This document shows positions 1 through 7,971 of a stretch of 64,000 nt of DNA, one piece after another (the first letter of the stretch is position 1; the number at the start of each line of letters is the position of its first letter). Under the pieces are notes generated by a model, which was given only the letters and a program-made list of their open reading frames with translations, searched no databases and was not told where the DNA came from. This stretch comes from a virus (Duplodnaviria; Caudoviricetes): the IMG/VR virus record IMGVR_UViG_3300021399_000132, positions 1 through 64,000 of that record. One strand, written 5' to 3'. The translations under genes and the position numbers were made by a program.

Positions 1-2
1 CA

Positions 3-299
3 AATCAGATCCGCGCATGGTTTAAGCGTAATCTTGATAACTTCGCGGACAATGGTATGACGATTGTTTCCAAATCGGATCTTGAGAAACTTCTGGCGGT
101 TTGCAAAGAGGTTTCTAATAGTCATATTACAGATAAAGCAAAGAGGCTTTTGCCGACAAGCGAGGGATACTTCTTTGGGTCTTTGGCTTACGACAAGTAT
201 TACTACCAGAATGTCGACTACACTATCAAGGTCATCGAAAAATTACTTGATGAGTTGAACTTCGACGAATGGGAAATCTATTACGAGGAAATATATTAA
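3..299 (+). CDS. 5'-partial hypothetical protein, paralogue of the next gene
   Basis: Frame is open from the window edge (NQIRAWF...DNG...LEKLL.VCK.V...LLP...G.FFGS..YD..YY) and aligns by eye with 311..682. Confidence 0.85.
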   Translation, partial: NQIRAWFKRNLDNFADNGMTIVSKSDLEKLLAVCKEVSNSHITDKAKRLLPTSEGYFFGSLAYDKYYYQNVDYTIKVIEKLLDELNFDEWEIYYEEIY

Positions 300-310
300 G
301 GAGAAAAGGT

Positions 311-682
311 ATGGGCTTAGACATGTGGCTTCACAAACGCAAGAAGATCAGCTCAGATGATGAGTTGATTTATTGGCGTAAAGCAAATCAGATTCGCGGA
401 TGGATTCAGAATAATGTTGACGGGTTTGTCGACAATGGATCTGTAGTTGTTCCAAAGGAAAAACTCGAAGAACTTCTGCATGTGTGCAAAACGGTTCTTG
501 AGTATGAGTCTGAAAATGTTTCAAAAGAACTCTTGCCCGTAACAAGCGGGTTTTTCTTTGGTAGCAATGAATATGACGAATGGTACTACAACGATGTAGA
601 AGAGACCGCAACACAGTTGGAAAAGATTTTGCAGACTTTTGACTTCGACAATTACGAGGTCGTTTACGACGAGTGGTATTAA
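311..682 (+). CDS. conserved phage hypothetical protein (MGLDMWL...YWRKANQI family)
   Basis: RBS-like GAGAAAAGGT before ATG 311; paralogous to the upstream ORF. Confidence 0.85.
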   Translation: MGLDMWLHKRKKISSDDELIYWRKANQIRGWIQNNVDGFVDNGSVVVPKEKLEELLHVCKTVLEYESENVSKELLPVTSGFFFGSNEYDEWYYNDVEETATQLEKILQTFDFDNYEVVYDEWY

Positions 683-691
683 GGAGGGTTT

Positions 692-997
692 ATGGAACAT
701 ATTTTGCAGATCGGCATAAATGTTGATGATGAGGTGATCAGAAGAAGAATCGAAGATCGAGCCGAGAAAGAGGTAATCGAGTACTTAAAGAATGAGGTGG
801 CAAATCACATCTTTGATATCAGGTGGGGCGGTAGTCGCGGAGACTTTTCGGAATTTGCGAAAGACGTTATCAGAGAATGCTTCGAAGATAATAAAGAGCG
901 GATTATCAAAGAAGCGGCGGAGCATCTTGCTAACAGATTTGTCAGAACGAAAATGGCAAAAGAATATCTTGTCGATGCTTTAAAAGATTCCAAATGA
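692..997 (+). CDS. hypothetical protein
   Basis: AGGAGG RBS; co-oriented in the operon. Confidence 0.8.
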   Translation: MEHILQIGINVDDEVIRRRIEDRAEKEVIEYLKNEVANHIFDIRWGGSRGDFSEFAKDVIRECFEDNKERIIKEAAEHLANRFVRTKMAKEYLVDALKDSK

Positions 998-1044
998 TTT
1001 ATTAACTAAGTAAGTTCAAACTGCACTTCCATCTAAATAAGATG

Positions 1045-1066
1045 GGCTTTTGCTGTTAGCGAAAGT
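1045..1066 (+). repeat. hairpin motif GGCTNNNGCTGTTAGCGRWAGT, copy 1
   Basis: GGCTTTTGCTGTTAGCGAAAGT; related copies at 3259-3280 and 3491-3512. Confidence 0.75.
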
Positions 1067-1373
1067 ACCAACTCGACCAGGGAAGAAATCCTGGGGGCGC
1101 AGGTGTGACCTCCTATTAACTTGTATTTCTCCCAGTCATCAAGAGCTTATCCATCACAGTTCGGTAGATTTTTCAAGTATTTCCTGAAATTAATATTACG
1201 GTTTGTGGGAAAAATTTTATAGATCTGATGTCTATCACTGGTCTGTTACTCGAAAACCATGATTTAACTTGATCAGCTGCCGTCCCTGCGGCTGGCCTCC
1301 GCCGGATATGTGATATGAGAGTTTGAACAAGCTGAGAAATTATGAGCCAATTGATTGGTAGAAAGGAGAAATT

Positions 1374-1682
1374 ATGAGCAGAAAAGGTTTTATGTTCGAA
1401 GAAGGCGAAGAAGTACGAATTGTATGTAGCGGTTCGACATTACTGAATTGTGCAGGTGGATGGGCTAGTGAAATGGAACAGTTTGTGGGAGACGGCATTG
1501 TTTACACGGTTTTACGTCGTTTTTTGAGCAACGGTAAAACACTGCCGGCTTACAGGTTGCAAGGGCCGACAGATTATGAAACGGGATGGACATGGGATGA
1601 GCGTTTACTGGAACGGGTTGACGACCCCATCATACCGGAAGTATCTCTCGGCGATTTATTCAACGGGGGCTATGTAGTATGA
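1374..1682 (+). CDS. small SH3/KOW-like hypothetical protein, paralogue 1 of 4
   Basis: FEEGEEVRIV start; C-terminal EVSLGDLFNG; AGGAG RBS. Confidence 0.8.
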   Translation: MSRKGFMFEEGEEVRIVCSGSTLLNCAGGWASEMEQFVGDGIVYTVLRRFLSNGKTLPAYRLQGPTDYETGWTWDERLLERVDDPIIPEVSLGDLFNGGYVV

Positions 1683-1969
1683 CGCGGTTTTCTATTCAAG
1701 ATCAGGTGAGGGTAGTACGGGCAGACAGTGACTGGGAATACTGGTGTTCTGCGATGAATAACACTGTTGGTTTTGACGGAGTAGTTGTGGATTATGAAAC
1801 AGATCTTGATGGTGAGCGGTACGCGACTGTGCTTTTTACATGCCTCGATGGTGAAATCTATTTCTTCCGTGATTGTTCTCTTGAGTATTCATGGTTATTT
1901 AATGACGATGAGACACTCGAGAGTAAAATGTCCATTTCAGAATTATTAGGAGGGTTAAACAGTGCATGA
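1679..1969 (+). CDS. small SH3/KOW-like hypothetical protein, paralogue 2 of 4
   Basis: FSIQDQVRVV start; C-terminal MSISELLGG; ATGA overlap. Confidence 0.8.
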   Translation: MTRFSIQDQVRVVRADSDWEYWCSAMNNTVGFDGVVVDYETDLDGERYATVLFTCLDGEIYFFRDCSLEYSWLFNDDETLESKMSISELLGGLNSA

Positions 1970-2213
1970 ATTTAATATTGGCGACCTTGTAAAGGTGGTC
2001 AAAATACCAACCGAGTGGTTTGGATATGTTCCGGCCCTTCATAAATACTATCATGAGGTTGGAGAGATTGTTTTTAAGACGTCGGATACGGGAAACGTTT
2101 ATCGTGTTATTTTTTCTGATGGAGATGATTGGAATTTTCCAGCCAACTGCCTCGAGCTGATCCCTCAACCTGTGCTTAACCCCGGGGATTTGTCCGCGTT
2201 GTTCGGCCGGTAA
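1962..2213 (+). CDS. small SH3/KOW-like hypothetical protein, paralogue 3 of 4
   Basis: FNIGDLVKVV start; C-terminal LNPGDLSALFG. Confidence 0.8.
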   Translation: MHEFNIGDLVKVVKIPTEWFGYVPALHKYYHEVGEIVFKTSDTGNVYRVIFSDGDDWNFPANCLELIPQPVLNPGDLSALFGR

Positions 2214-2226
2214 GGAGACTATCGTT

Positions 2227-2478
2227 ATGTTTAAAGAAGGCGATATCGTAGAAGTAGTCGAAGAGCCGTGGCGTTTACATATGGACGGAGATACTGACAC
2301 GTATATTGGCAAAAAAGGCATAGTGAGATATTCAAACTACACGACGGGTAATAGCATTGTAAAGATTGAAGGTAAGATAAACTGGTTCCGTAATTCGGAA
2401 ATTGCAATTTATGACACACTTGAGCCCGGCGATTTACCGGGGCTTTTTAGAGGAGGTGGTAATAATGCCAAGAATTGA
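2227..2478 (+). CDS. small SH3/KOW-like hypothetical protein, paralogue 4 of 4
   Basis: FKEGDIVEVV start; C-terminal LEPGDLPGLFRG. Confidence 0.8.
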   Translation: MFKEGDIVEVVEEPWRLHMDGDTDTYIGKKGIVRYSNYTTGNSIVKIEGKINWFRNSEIAIYDTLEPGDLPGLFRGGGNNAKN

Positions 2479-2734
2479 AGTTAAATATAATGCTGATGAA
2501 TTTGTGACGGCAAACTTTGGTTGCGGAATAGAATCGGCAAAAGAGTATGTTAAGAAACATCCAAAGGATTCATATGGGGCAGATGATTTTGCGGAAGTAT
2601 ACCGCATGCAGGAATCTAAGCGGATGCATAAACGAGACGATCCCGGCGCTGGTTGGATAAATACAAGAGGCTGGGACGAAGAAGACCCATCATTCGATAT
2701 GGTGGTCAAGGCATATGAAAGTGAGGTTTTATGA
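2465..2734 (+). CDS. hypothetical protein
   Basis: GGAGG RBS before ATG 2465 (MPRIEVK); the ORF-track start is too long. Confidence 0.75.
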   Translation: MPRIEVKYNADEFVTANFGCGIESAKEYVKKHPKDSYGADDFAEVYRMQESKRMHKRDDPGAGWINTRGWDEEDPSFDMVVKAYESEVL

Positions 2735-2967
2735 AAGAGAATGATGTGCGTATTATCTTGACCCTTAATATGGACGACATCGAAGAGGCCATTGAATCTC
2801 AGGGATTTAATGGCTTTTTTGAGGAGCATCCAGAAGTAAAGGCCGATGCGTTTGAGTGCGCCTGTAATCGCTTGACAAAATACATTGACAATTATGCATA
2901 CGACATTATCGCGGAAGCTGTCTATGACACAGTCAGTGGTTGTCGCCTACGATACATAAGGGTTTGA
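2731..2967 (+). CDS. hypothetical protein
   Basis: ATGA overlap; GAGG RBS. Confidence 0.75.
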   Translation: MKENDVRIILTLNMDDIEEAIESQGFNGFFEEHPEVKADAFECACNRLTKYIDNYAYDIIAEAVYDTVSGCRLRYIRV

Positions 2968-2988
2968 GCGCGAAGGCGGTTTGAAAAG

Positions 2989-3171
2989 ATGAATTATTTC
3001 AAAATTGAAATCGCTTGCGAAAGTCCGCTGACATTTGAGGATTTTTGCGATTCGGTGTTCGATGATATCCTGAGCTATATTGAAATGAAAATCAAAGGCG
3101 AAGTGGGTATCGCAAGTTATTCTCAGATAGACGAACAGGGTAACACGATCATGGAGACCGGTCGGTTCTAG
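2989..3171 (+). CDS. hypothetical protein (MNYF...DE.GN), paralogue of 25502..25669
   Basis: Shared MNYF start, GEV/GDV and DE.GN end. Confidence 0.7.
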   Translation: MNYFKIEIACESPLTFEDFCDSVFDDILSYIEMKIKGEVGIASYSQIDEQGNTIMETGRF

Positions 3172-3192
3172 GCCGGTCATCCTATATTAGTT

Positions 3193-3676
3193 TAAACTCC
3201 GATGCAATTCATTCCAACAATCATTCCTCCTCTCTTACATCTACATAATTGTTGGTTTGGCTTTTGCTGTTAGCGGAAGTGCTGCATTGCCGGGGAGATT
3301 GATAACCTATAAACTTCGCCTTCGGCTCGTTTATAGGGGCTACGCCCCATTAAAAATGCCCGGATTGAGAATCCTGGCATTTTTAATTCTTTAAATCGCA
3401 ACAATCCCCAGTGCTTAGGGGAGATTGTTGCCGGATCGGAGTTTATTTACGCATGGGTTCATTGTTTTAACCTCGCATCCAAGGTTAAATGGCTACCGCT
3501 GTTAGCGATAGTAACGAAAAGGTTATCTGGTTTTCGATCAGCGACGAATCAGATTACTAAATACTCACGCTAATAATTTGAGTACTTTCCGCTTTGCTAC
3601 AACGCCCTCAAATTATTAGAGTTCGCATTTATTAATCTGGTTTTCGCACGGGAAACAGAGTTTGCCATGCGGCAAC
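3193..3676 (+). ncRNA. candidate large structured RNA or hairpin cluster
   Basis: At least nine inverted repeats in a gene-free gap, plus long-range pair TAAACTCCGAT / ATCGGAGTTTA; family not recognised. Confidence 0.45.
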
Positions 3677-3691
3677 GGAAAGGAAGGTGTT

Positions 3692-3841
3692 ATGGAAGAT
3701 ATCATTTGGAACTGCATGCAAGGGGTTGAGCGGTTACTTAACAGTCCCTTGCCACAAGAAGTCGTCGATGAACAGATTGAGTACCTTGAGGAAACTATTA
3801 AAGAAATGGAAAGGATTGAGGATTTATGTCACGTTTTATGA
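3692..3841 (+). CDS. 49-aa hypothetical protein not in the ORF track
   Basis: GGAAGGTG RBS; MEDIIWNCMQGVERLLNSPLPQEVVDEQIEYLEETIKEMERIEDLCHVL; overlaps the next start. Confidence 0.65.
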   Translation: MEDIIWNCMQGVERLLNSPLPQEVVDEQIEYLEETIKEMERIEDLCHVL

Positions 3842-4179
3842 GTTTTGATGCCACACTGACTCTTAAGGATGATGTTGAATTTAAAGACGTTGAGTCAGAA
3901 CTTCCAAAAACCGATTTGCGTTTTGACGAATTGTCATTCAACCCGCATGACAGAACTGTGCAGATTGAAGGTGATGCTTTCGTCGATAGCCCATGCAGGT
4001 ATTTAAAGGATATTCAGTACGCACTCAATGACTTGAGAAAGTACGTATGCAATGGGGAAGATGCATATGTAATTGATCAAGATGCCGTCTGGCCTGCCGG
4101 ATGGCGTTTTGTTTTTGAGGAAGATGGCGTCAAATGCTATGAAGGAATGATGATTTTTGTAGAGGAGGTAAAACTTTGA
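3826..4179 (+). CDS. hypothetical protein
   Basis: GAGGA RBS; operon-coupled. Confidence 0.75.
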   Translation: MSRFMSFDATLTLKDDVEFKDVESELPKTDLRFDELSFNPHDRTVQIEGDAFVDSPCRYLKDIQYALNDLRKYVCNGEDAYVIDQDAVWPAGWRFVFEEDGVKCYEGMMIFVEEVKL

Positions 4180-4775
4180 TTTCAATTTCAAAAGGGAATG
4201 CCAAGATGGGAGAAATTATGAGCGTTTCTCTTCCGGCAATTATCACCTGCGGCAAAGATGTGCCGTGTAAAAAGAAGTGCTATGCAAATCGCATTGAAGT
4301 GCGTCGTTCTAACGTAAGGGAAGCTTACGAAAAGAACTGGGGGATTTTGAAAACCGATCCTGATACATACTGGAGAGAGGTCGAGGCGTCAATTAAGATG
4401 TCTCGATTTTTTCGTTTCCATGTGTCAGGCGACATCCCCGACATGGATTATCTGAAGCGCATGTTCACTGTGGCTAGAAGAAATAAGCATTGCAAGATCC
4501 TCTGCTTTACAAAGAAGTACGATCTTGTGAATGAGTATCTCAGCACAGGCGTGCACAAACCGTCCAATCTTCTGCTGTTCTTCAGCGTTTGGCCTGGTTA
4601 TGAATGCAATAACCCGTTCCGCTTACCTGAAGCGCATGTGAGATTGAAGAACGGGAAAACGACAGCGCCGGACAAAGCTGTTGAATGCAAGGGTAATTGT
4701 TCGGAATGCGGAATTAACGATAGCGGATGCTGGGTTCTTAAGAAAGGACAGTCCGTTGTGTTTGACGAACATTGA
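4176..4775 (+). CDS. GP88-like phage protein (radical-SAM-like Cys motif)
   Basis: TC-x5-C-x3-CYA, RFHVSGD, FTK and terminal CxxxCxxC...C...VVF.EH, as in the GP88 family; TTG start. Confidence 0.7.
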   Translation: MISISKGNAKMGEIMSVSLPAIITCGKDVPCKKKCYANRIEVRRSNVREAYEKNWGILKTDPDTYWREVEASIKMSRFFRFHVSGDIPDMDYLKRMFTVARRNKHCKILCFTKKYDLVNEYLSTGVHKPSNLLLFFSVWPGYECNNPFRLPEAHVRLKNGKTTAPDKAVECKGNCSECGINDSGCWVLKKGQSVVFDEH

Positions 4776-4785
4776 GGAGGTAAAA

Positions 4786-5079
4786 ATGGGAGAAGTATAT
4801 CCTGCCATCCTGACAATGGATGATAATCTCTTCCTTATTTATATACCTGACATTGATAAGAGCGTCGCCGGAGAGGATTTTTACCAGGCGATTCAGCTTG
4901 CAAGGCAGGCAATTAAGGGATCCGACGAACATCACAATCCCTCAACACTTGAGGGTGCAATTTCCAAAGCAGTTGCTGAGGAAAAATTAATCTCACCCGC
5001 TTTTGATATGAGCAGGGAAAGACAGGTAGTAACAAGGTATCTTTTCATCGATGTGGATATCGATGCTGACAAAGGGTAA
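4786..5079 (+). CDS. HicB-like antitoxin domain protein (orphan)
   Basis: YPAIL...FLIYIPDI...AGEDFYQAIQLARQAI matches the HicB N-terminal pattern; GAGGAGG RBS before ATG 4786. Confidence 0.6.
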   Translation: MGEVYPAILTMDDNLFLIYIPDIDKSVAGEDFYQAIQLARQAIKGSDEHHNPSTLEGAISKAVAEEKLISPAFDMSRERQVVTRYLFIDVDIDADKG

Positions 5080-5094
5080 GGGAGGAAAATACAT

Positions 5095-5451
5095 ATGCCT
5101 GATGTAAAGTATTACAAACTGAAAGTAGCCGCCCAGATGGCTGGCGTATCCGAGCAGACACTTCGCAACGCGGTTCTTAACGGCCGCTTACGTGCTTCAA
5201 CGGTGCCGGGAAAGACACGCGGTCATACATATCTGATCACAGAAGATGATCTTCTTGAATGGGTAGAGGATCGCAAGACCGTTAAGGTTGAACCCACAGA
5301 AGTAACTGCGTCTCTCAAGCTCGCCACAGTTGATCAGCTTGCTGCGGAAATTCAGCGCCGCATTGAGGATAGCTACAACGAAGGGGTTAAAGCTGGTGCA
5401 AAACAGAAGGCATCAGAGTTCAAAATGCTTCTGAAGCAGGGTGGGTTTTAA
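5095..5451 (+). CDS. excisionase/MerR-like helix-turn-helix protein
   Basis: YYKLKVAAQMAGVSEQTLRNAVLNGRLRA...YLIT..DL. Confidence 0.75.
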   Translation: MPDVKYYKLKVAAQMAGVSEQTLRNAVLNGRLRASTVPGKTRGHTYLITEDDLLEWVEDRKTVKVEPTEVTASLKLATVDQLAAEIQRRIEDSYNEGVKAGAKQKASEFKMLLKQGGF

Positions 5452-5771
5452 TGCATAAGCCTCGATATGAAGATGTACGCAGAACATGTGCGCTCTGCGG
5501 AAAGGAAATTACCGGGCCGTTCGGTACATATCGATTTGGTTATGCAAACGGAATTATCTGCTATGACTGCGACGCCAAGGTTACTGAAGAGAACAGGCGT
5601 CGCCGTCAGGCGGTTAACGCCAAGCGTGTGAGACGTAGATCCGAATCTAATCCAGAAGCATCGATTACGAAAAGGATCAAGGAACTTCGCAGAGCCGGCA
5701 AAAAACCGAGCGATATTGCAAAGGAGCTCCACGTTGGGGCAAAGAAGGTTTATGAGGCTTTGAACAAATAG
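5451..5771 (+). CDS. CxxC...CxxC plus C-terminal HTH protein
   Basis: CALC, CYDC and KPSDIAKELHVG; TAATG coupling. Confidence 0.7.
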   Translation: MHKPRYEDVRRTCALCGKEITGPFGTYRFGYANGIICYDCDAKVTEENRRRRQAVNAKRVRRRSESNPEASITKRIKELRRAGKKPSDIAKELHVGAKKVYEALNK

Positions 5772-5993
5772 ATGGATGAGTTGATCAGTAAAGAAAGTGT
5801 TTTAAGAGCGCTCAAAAAGATCGAGGTTGAACCGGGAATTTCCAAAGCAGAGTGTGTCATTACGGACGCACCGGCAGTTGATGCGATTCCTGTTCAATGG
5901 ATGGTCGATGTCATCAAAGATGACTTTTGGGCGCGGAGCGATGTCATGAAAATGATTGATGCGTGGCACTACCACGTTAGAACAAATAAATAA
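5772..5993 (+). CDS. hypothetical protein (MDELIS...APAVD family)
   Basis: Typical small phage protein N-terminus. Confidence 0.75.
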   Translation: MDELISKESVLRALKKIEVEPGISKAECVITDAPAVDAIPVQWMVDVIKDDFWARSDVMKMIDAWHYHVRTNK

Positions 5994-6008
5994 GGAAGGT
6001 AAATACAT

Positions 6009-6365
6009 ATGAATATTATTCTGGCAATTCTGCTTACTATTAATCTTGCTCTCTTCGCATACTACGTCAACCTGGGTAAGAAATGCGAAGCTACTGTGGC
6101 TGTCGATGTAAATTCACTCAAAAACGAAATCTCTCAGGTTTCTGAAAAGCTGAATGGACGAATTGACGGGGTTGTTAAAGTTTCCAATGCAAACACTCAG
6201 GTTGTGATGAGCCGCTTTGAGAGTAATGAGAATGAGATTGATGATATTATTTCGAAGATGGAGTCGTATGCACAGGGTATCGCGCAGGTAGATAAAGATG
6301 TCAAAGAAATCAGACGTTACTATTGCAACTATGTCTCAAAGACGGGTGGTGATGCCGAAGAATGA
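6009..6365 (+). CDS. N-terminal TM plus coiled-coil protein
   Basis: Hydrophobic first 20 aa, heptad-like remainder. Confidence 0.75.
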   Translation: MNIILAILLTINLALFAYYVNLGKKCEATVAVDVNSLKNEISQVSEKLNGRIDGVVKVSNANTQVVMSRFESNENEIDDIISKMESYAQGIAQVDKDVKEIRRYYCNYVSKTGGDAEE

Positions 6366-6463
6366 TTCATAAAGCTTTGCTATTCTTAATCGGGTATTTG
6401 ATTGTTAGCGCAATCACATTTTTTATTGCAATAGCTCTTTGCTCGATCAATAATCTAGAGTAG
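6362..6463 (+). CDS. 33-aa single-TM peptide not in the ORF track
   Basis: ATGA overlap and GGTGGTG RBS; MIHKALLFLIGYLIVSAITFFIAIALCSINNLE. Confidence 0.6.
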   Translation: MIHKALLFLIGYLIVSAITFFIAIALCSINNLE

Positions 6464-6478
6464 TTGAGAGGTTGTAGT

Positions 6479-7093
6479 ATGTCGTTAGGGTTTGTCCTTT
6501 CCTTTATATCAATGGTTTTCATTGCTCTAGGTTATCTGCTGTTCTTTGTGTTTAAAATTGTTGCTGGTTCGATTCATTCAAATAATATGAACAAGCATGA
6601 GACGAACGTCGGGAGACTGAGGGAACGGTTGAGTTACACGCCGAGCGAAAAGATTGACGCCGTTACCGTGATGACAAGATATGTGGAAGCTGGCGCCATC
6701 GGGAAGTATTACGGCGATGAAATGGTACAGATTTTCGGAGAGAATTGGGAGCCAGAGCTGCGCAGGTTGGTTTCGAGAGAGAAGATGCATCTTAAATATA
6801 ACAACCTTTATAAATGGCTTGGGTACATTGCTTTGGCAAGAGATGGCAAATGTGGTACGAACATGCTACTGGACTTTGATGGCTTCGGCCCGACAAAGCA
6901 TAACTTAATGGCGGTTAAATGCATTGAAGACAATCTACGAAAATCAGGGCTTGACGTTCGTCTTGAAATTGCTAAAGTAGACGACACATCCTATTATGCA
7001 AGGGTGTCCGAACTGGAATACCACGGGATTTTTAATCCACCTAATTACATGTGGGAGGATGTAGTAAATGTCGAGAGATGTAATCAACATTAA
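6479..7093 (+). CDS. membrane-anchored hypothetical protein
   Basis: GAGAGG RBS before ATG 6479; long N-terminal hydrophobic helix. Confidence 0.7.
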   Translation: MSLGFVLSFISMVFIALGYLLFFVFKIVAGSIHSNNMNKHETNVGRLRERLSYTPSEKIDAVTVMTRYVEAGAIGKYYGDEMVQIFGENWEPELRRLVSREKMHLKYNNLYKWLGYIALARDGKCGTNMLLDFDGFGPTKHNLMAVKCIEDNLRKSGLDVRLEIAKVDDTSYYARVSELEYHGIFNPPNYMWEDVVNVERCNQH

Positions 7094-7961
7094 TGTACTC
7101 AAAGAAAACAGGGTACGAAAACTTGCCGATGGCATGATCGCCCCGGCAAAAGAACACTTCGAAGAAGAACTCGCAATTGATCACTCTGCTGATCCGATTA
7201 AAGATCTCCATGATATTAACCGGATTTCGAAGTACTTGATTGAACATGGACGGTACAGGGATAACATGCTGTTCATTGTTGGGATCAACTTCGGTTTGAG
7301 AGTGAGTGACCTGCGGGTTCTTCGCTTTTCCAATCTGATTAATGACAATTTAACTTTCAAAGATACGTTCCCGGTTTTTGAAAAGAAAACCAGAAATACA
7401 AGAAAGAAGAAAAAGAACCGCTACATCACGGTAAATAATGCCGTTGTTGATGCGGTTACTTTGTTCTTGGAACACACTGATGGTATTAGCCTGAGCGACT
7501 ATATGTTTAAGGCAACTTCGAACCGTGGCAAAAATCTGGGTAAACCACTTGCCATTCAGTCGATCAACAGGATCTTGACTGATCTGGCAAATGAACTTCA
7601 TCTCAATATTAAGATGTCGAGCCACTCATTAAGAAAGACATTCTGTTACCATCAGATGGTAATGAGCAACAACGATCCTCGAAAGCTTCTCCTGCTGCAG
7701 AAGATGCTCAACCATTCGTCACCGGCAATGACCTTAGAGTACATTGGTATTACGGGCGAGGAAATCGAGGAAGCGTACAAGAAACTTAACTTGGGTTCTT
7801 TAACAGAGAACTATCTTGTCGACAGCACCATTATGGAATGTGGTACAGCCGACGATGAACCGGAGACAACAGAGATTGTCAACAAGCCGCAGGAATATGC
7901 AATCAAATTCCCGCAGGCAATTACAAATACAGAGCAGCCAAGCAATACGGTGTACAGCTAA
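7068..7961 (+). CDS. XerD-like tyrosine recombinase
   Basis: Catalytic set present: GLRVSDL, HSLRKTF, LNHS, LEYIG; no arm-binding N-terminal domain. Confidence 0.9.
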   Translation: MSRDVININVLKENRVRKLADGMIAPAKEHFEEELAIDHSADPIKDLHDINRISKYLIEHGRYRDNMLFIVGINFGLRVSDLRVLRFSNLINDNLTFKDTFPVFEKKTRNTRKKKKNRYITVNNAVVDAVTLFLEHTDGISLSDYMFKATSNRGKNLGKPLAIQSINRILTDLANELHLNIKMSSHSLRKTFCYHQMVMSNNDPRKLLLLQKMLNHSSPAMTLEYIGITGEEIEEAYKKLNLGSLTENYLVDSTIMECGTADDEPETTEIVNKPQEYAIKFPQAITNTEQPSNTVYS

Positions 7962-7971
7962 GGAGGTATTA

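Noticed and set aside
1275-1311. HDV-like or hammerhead ribozyme
   Set aside because: Only a simple CAGC/GCTG hairpin; no nested pseudoknot or complete CUGAUGA/GAAA core.
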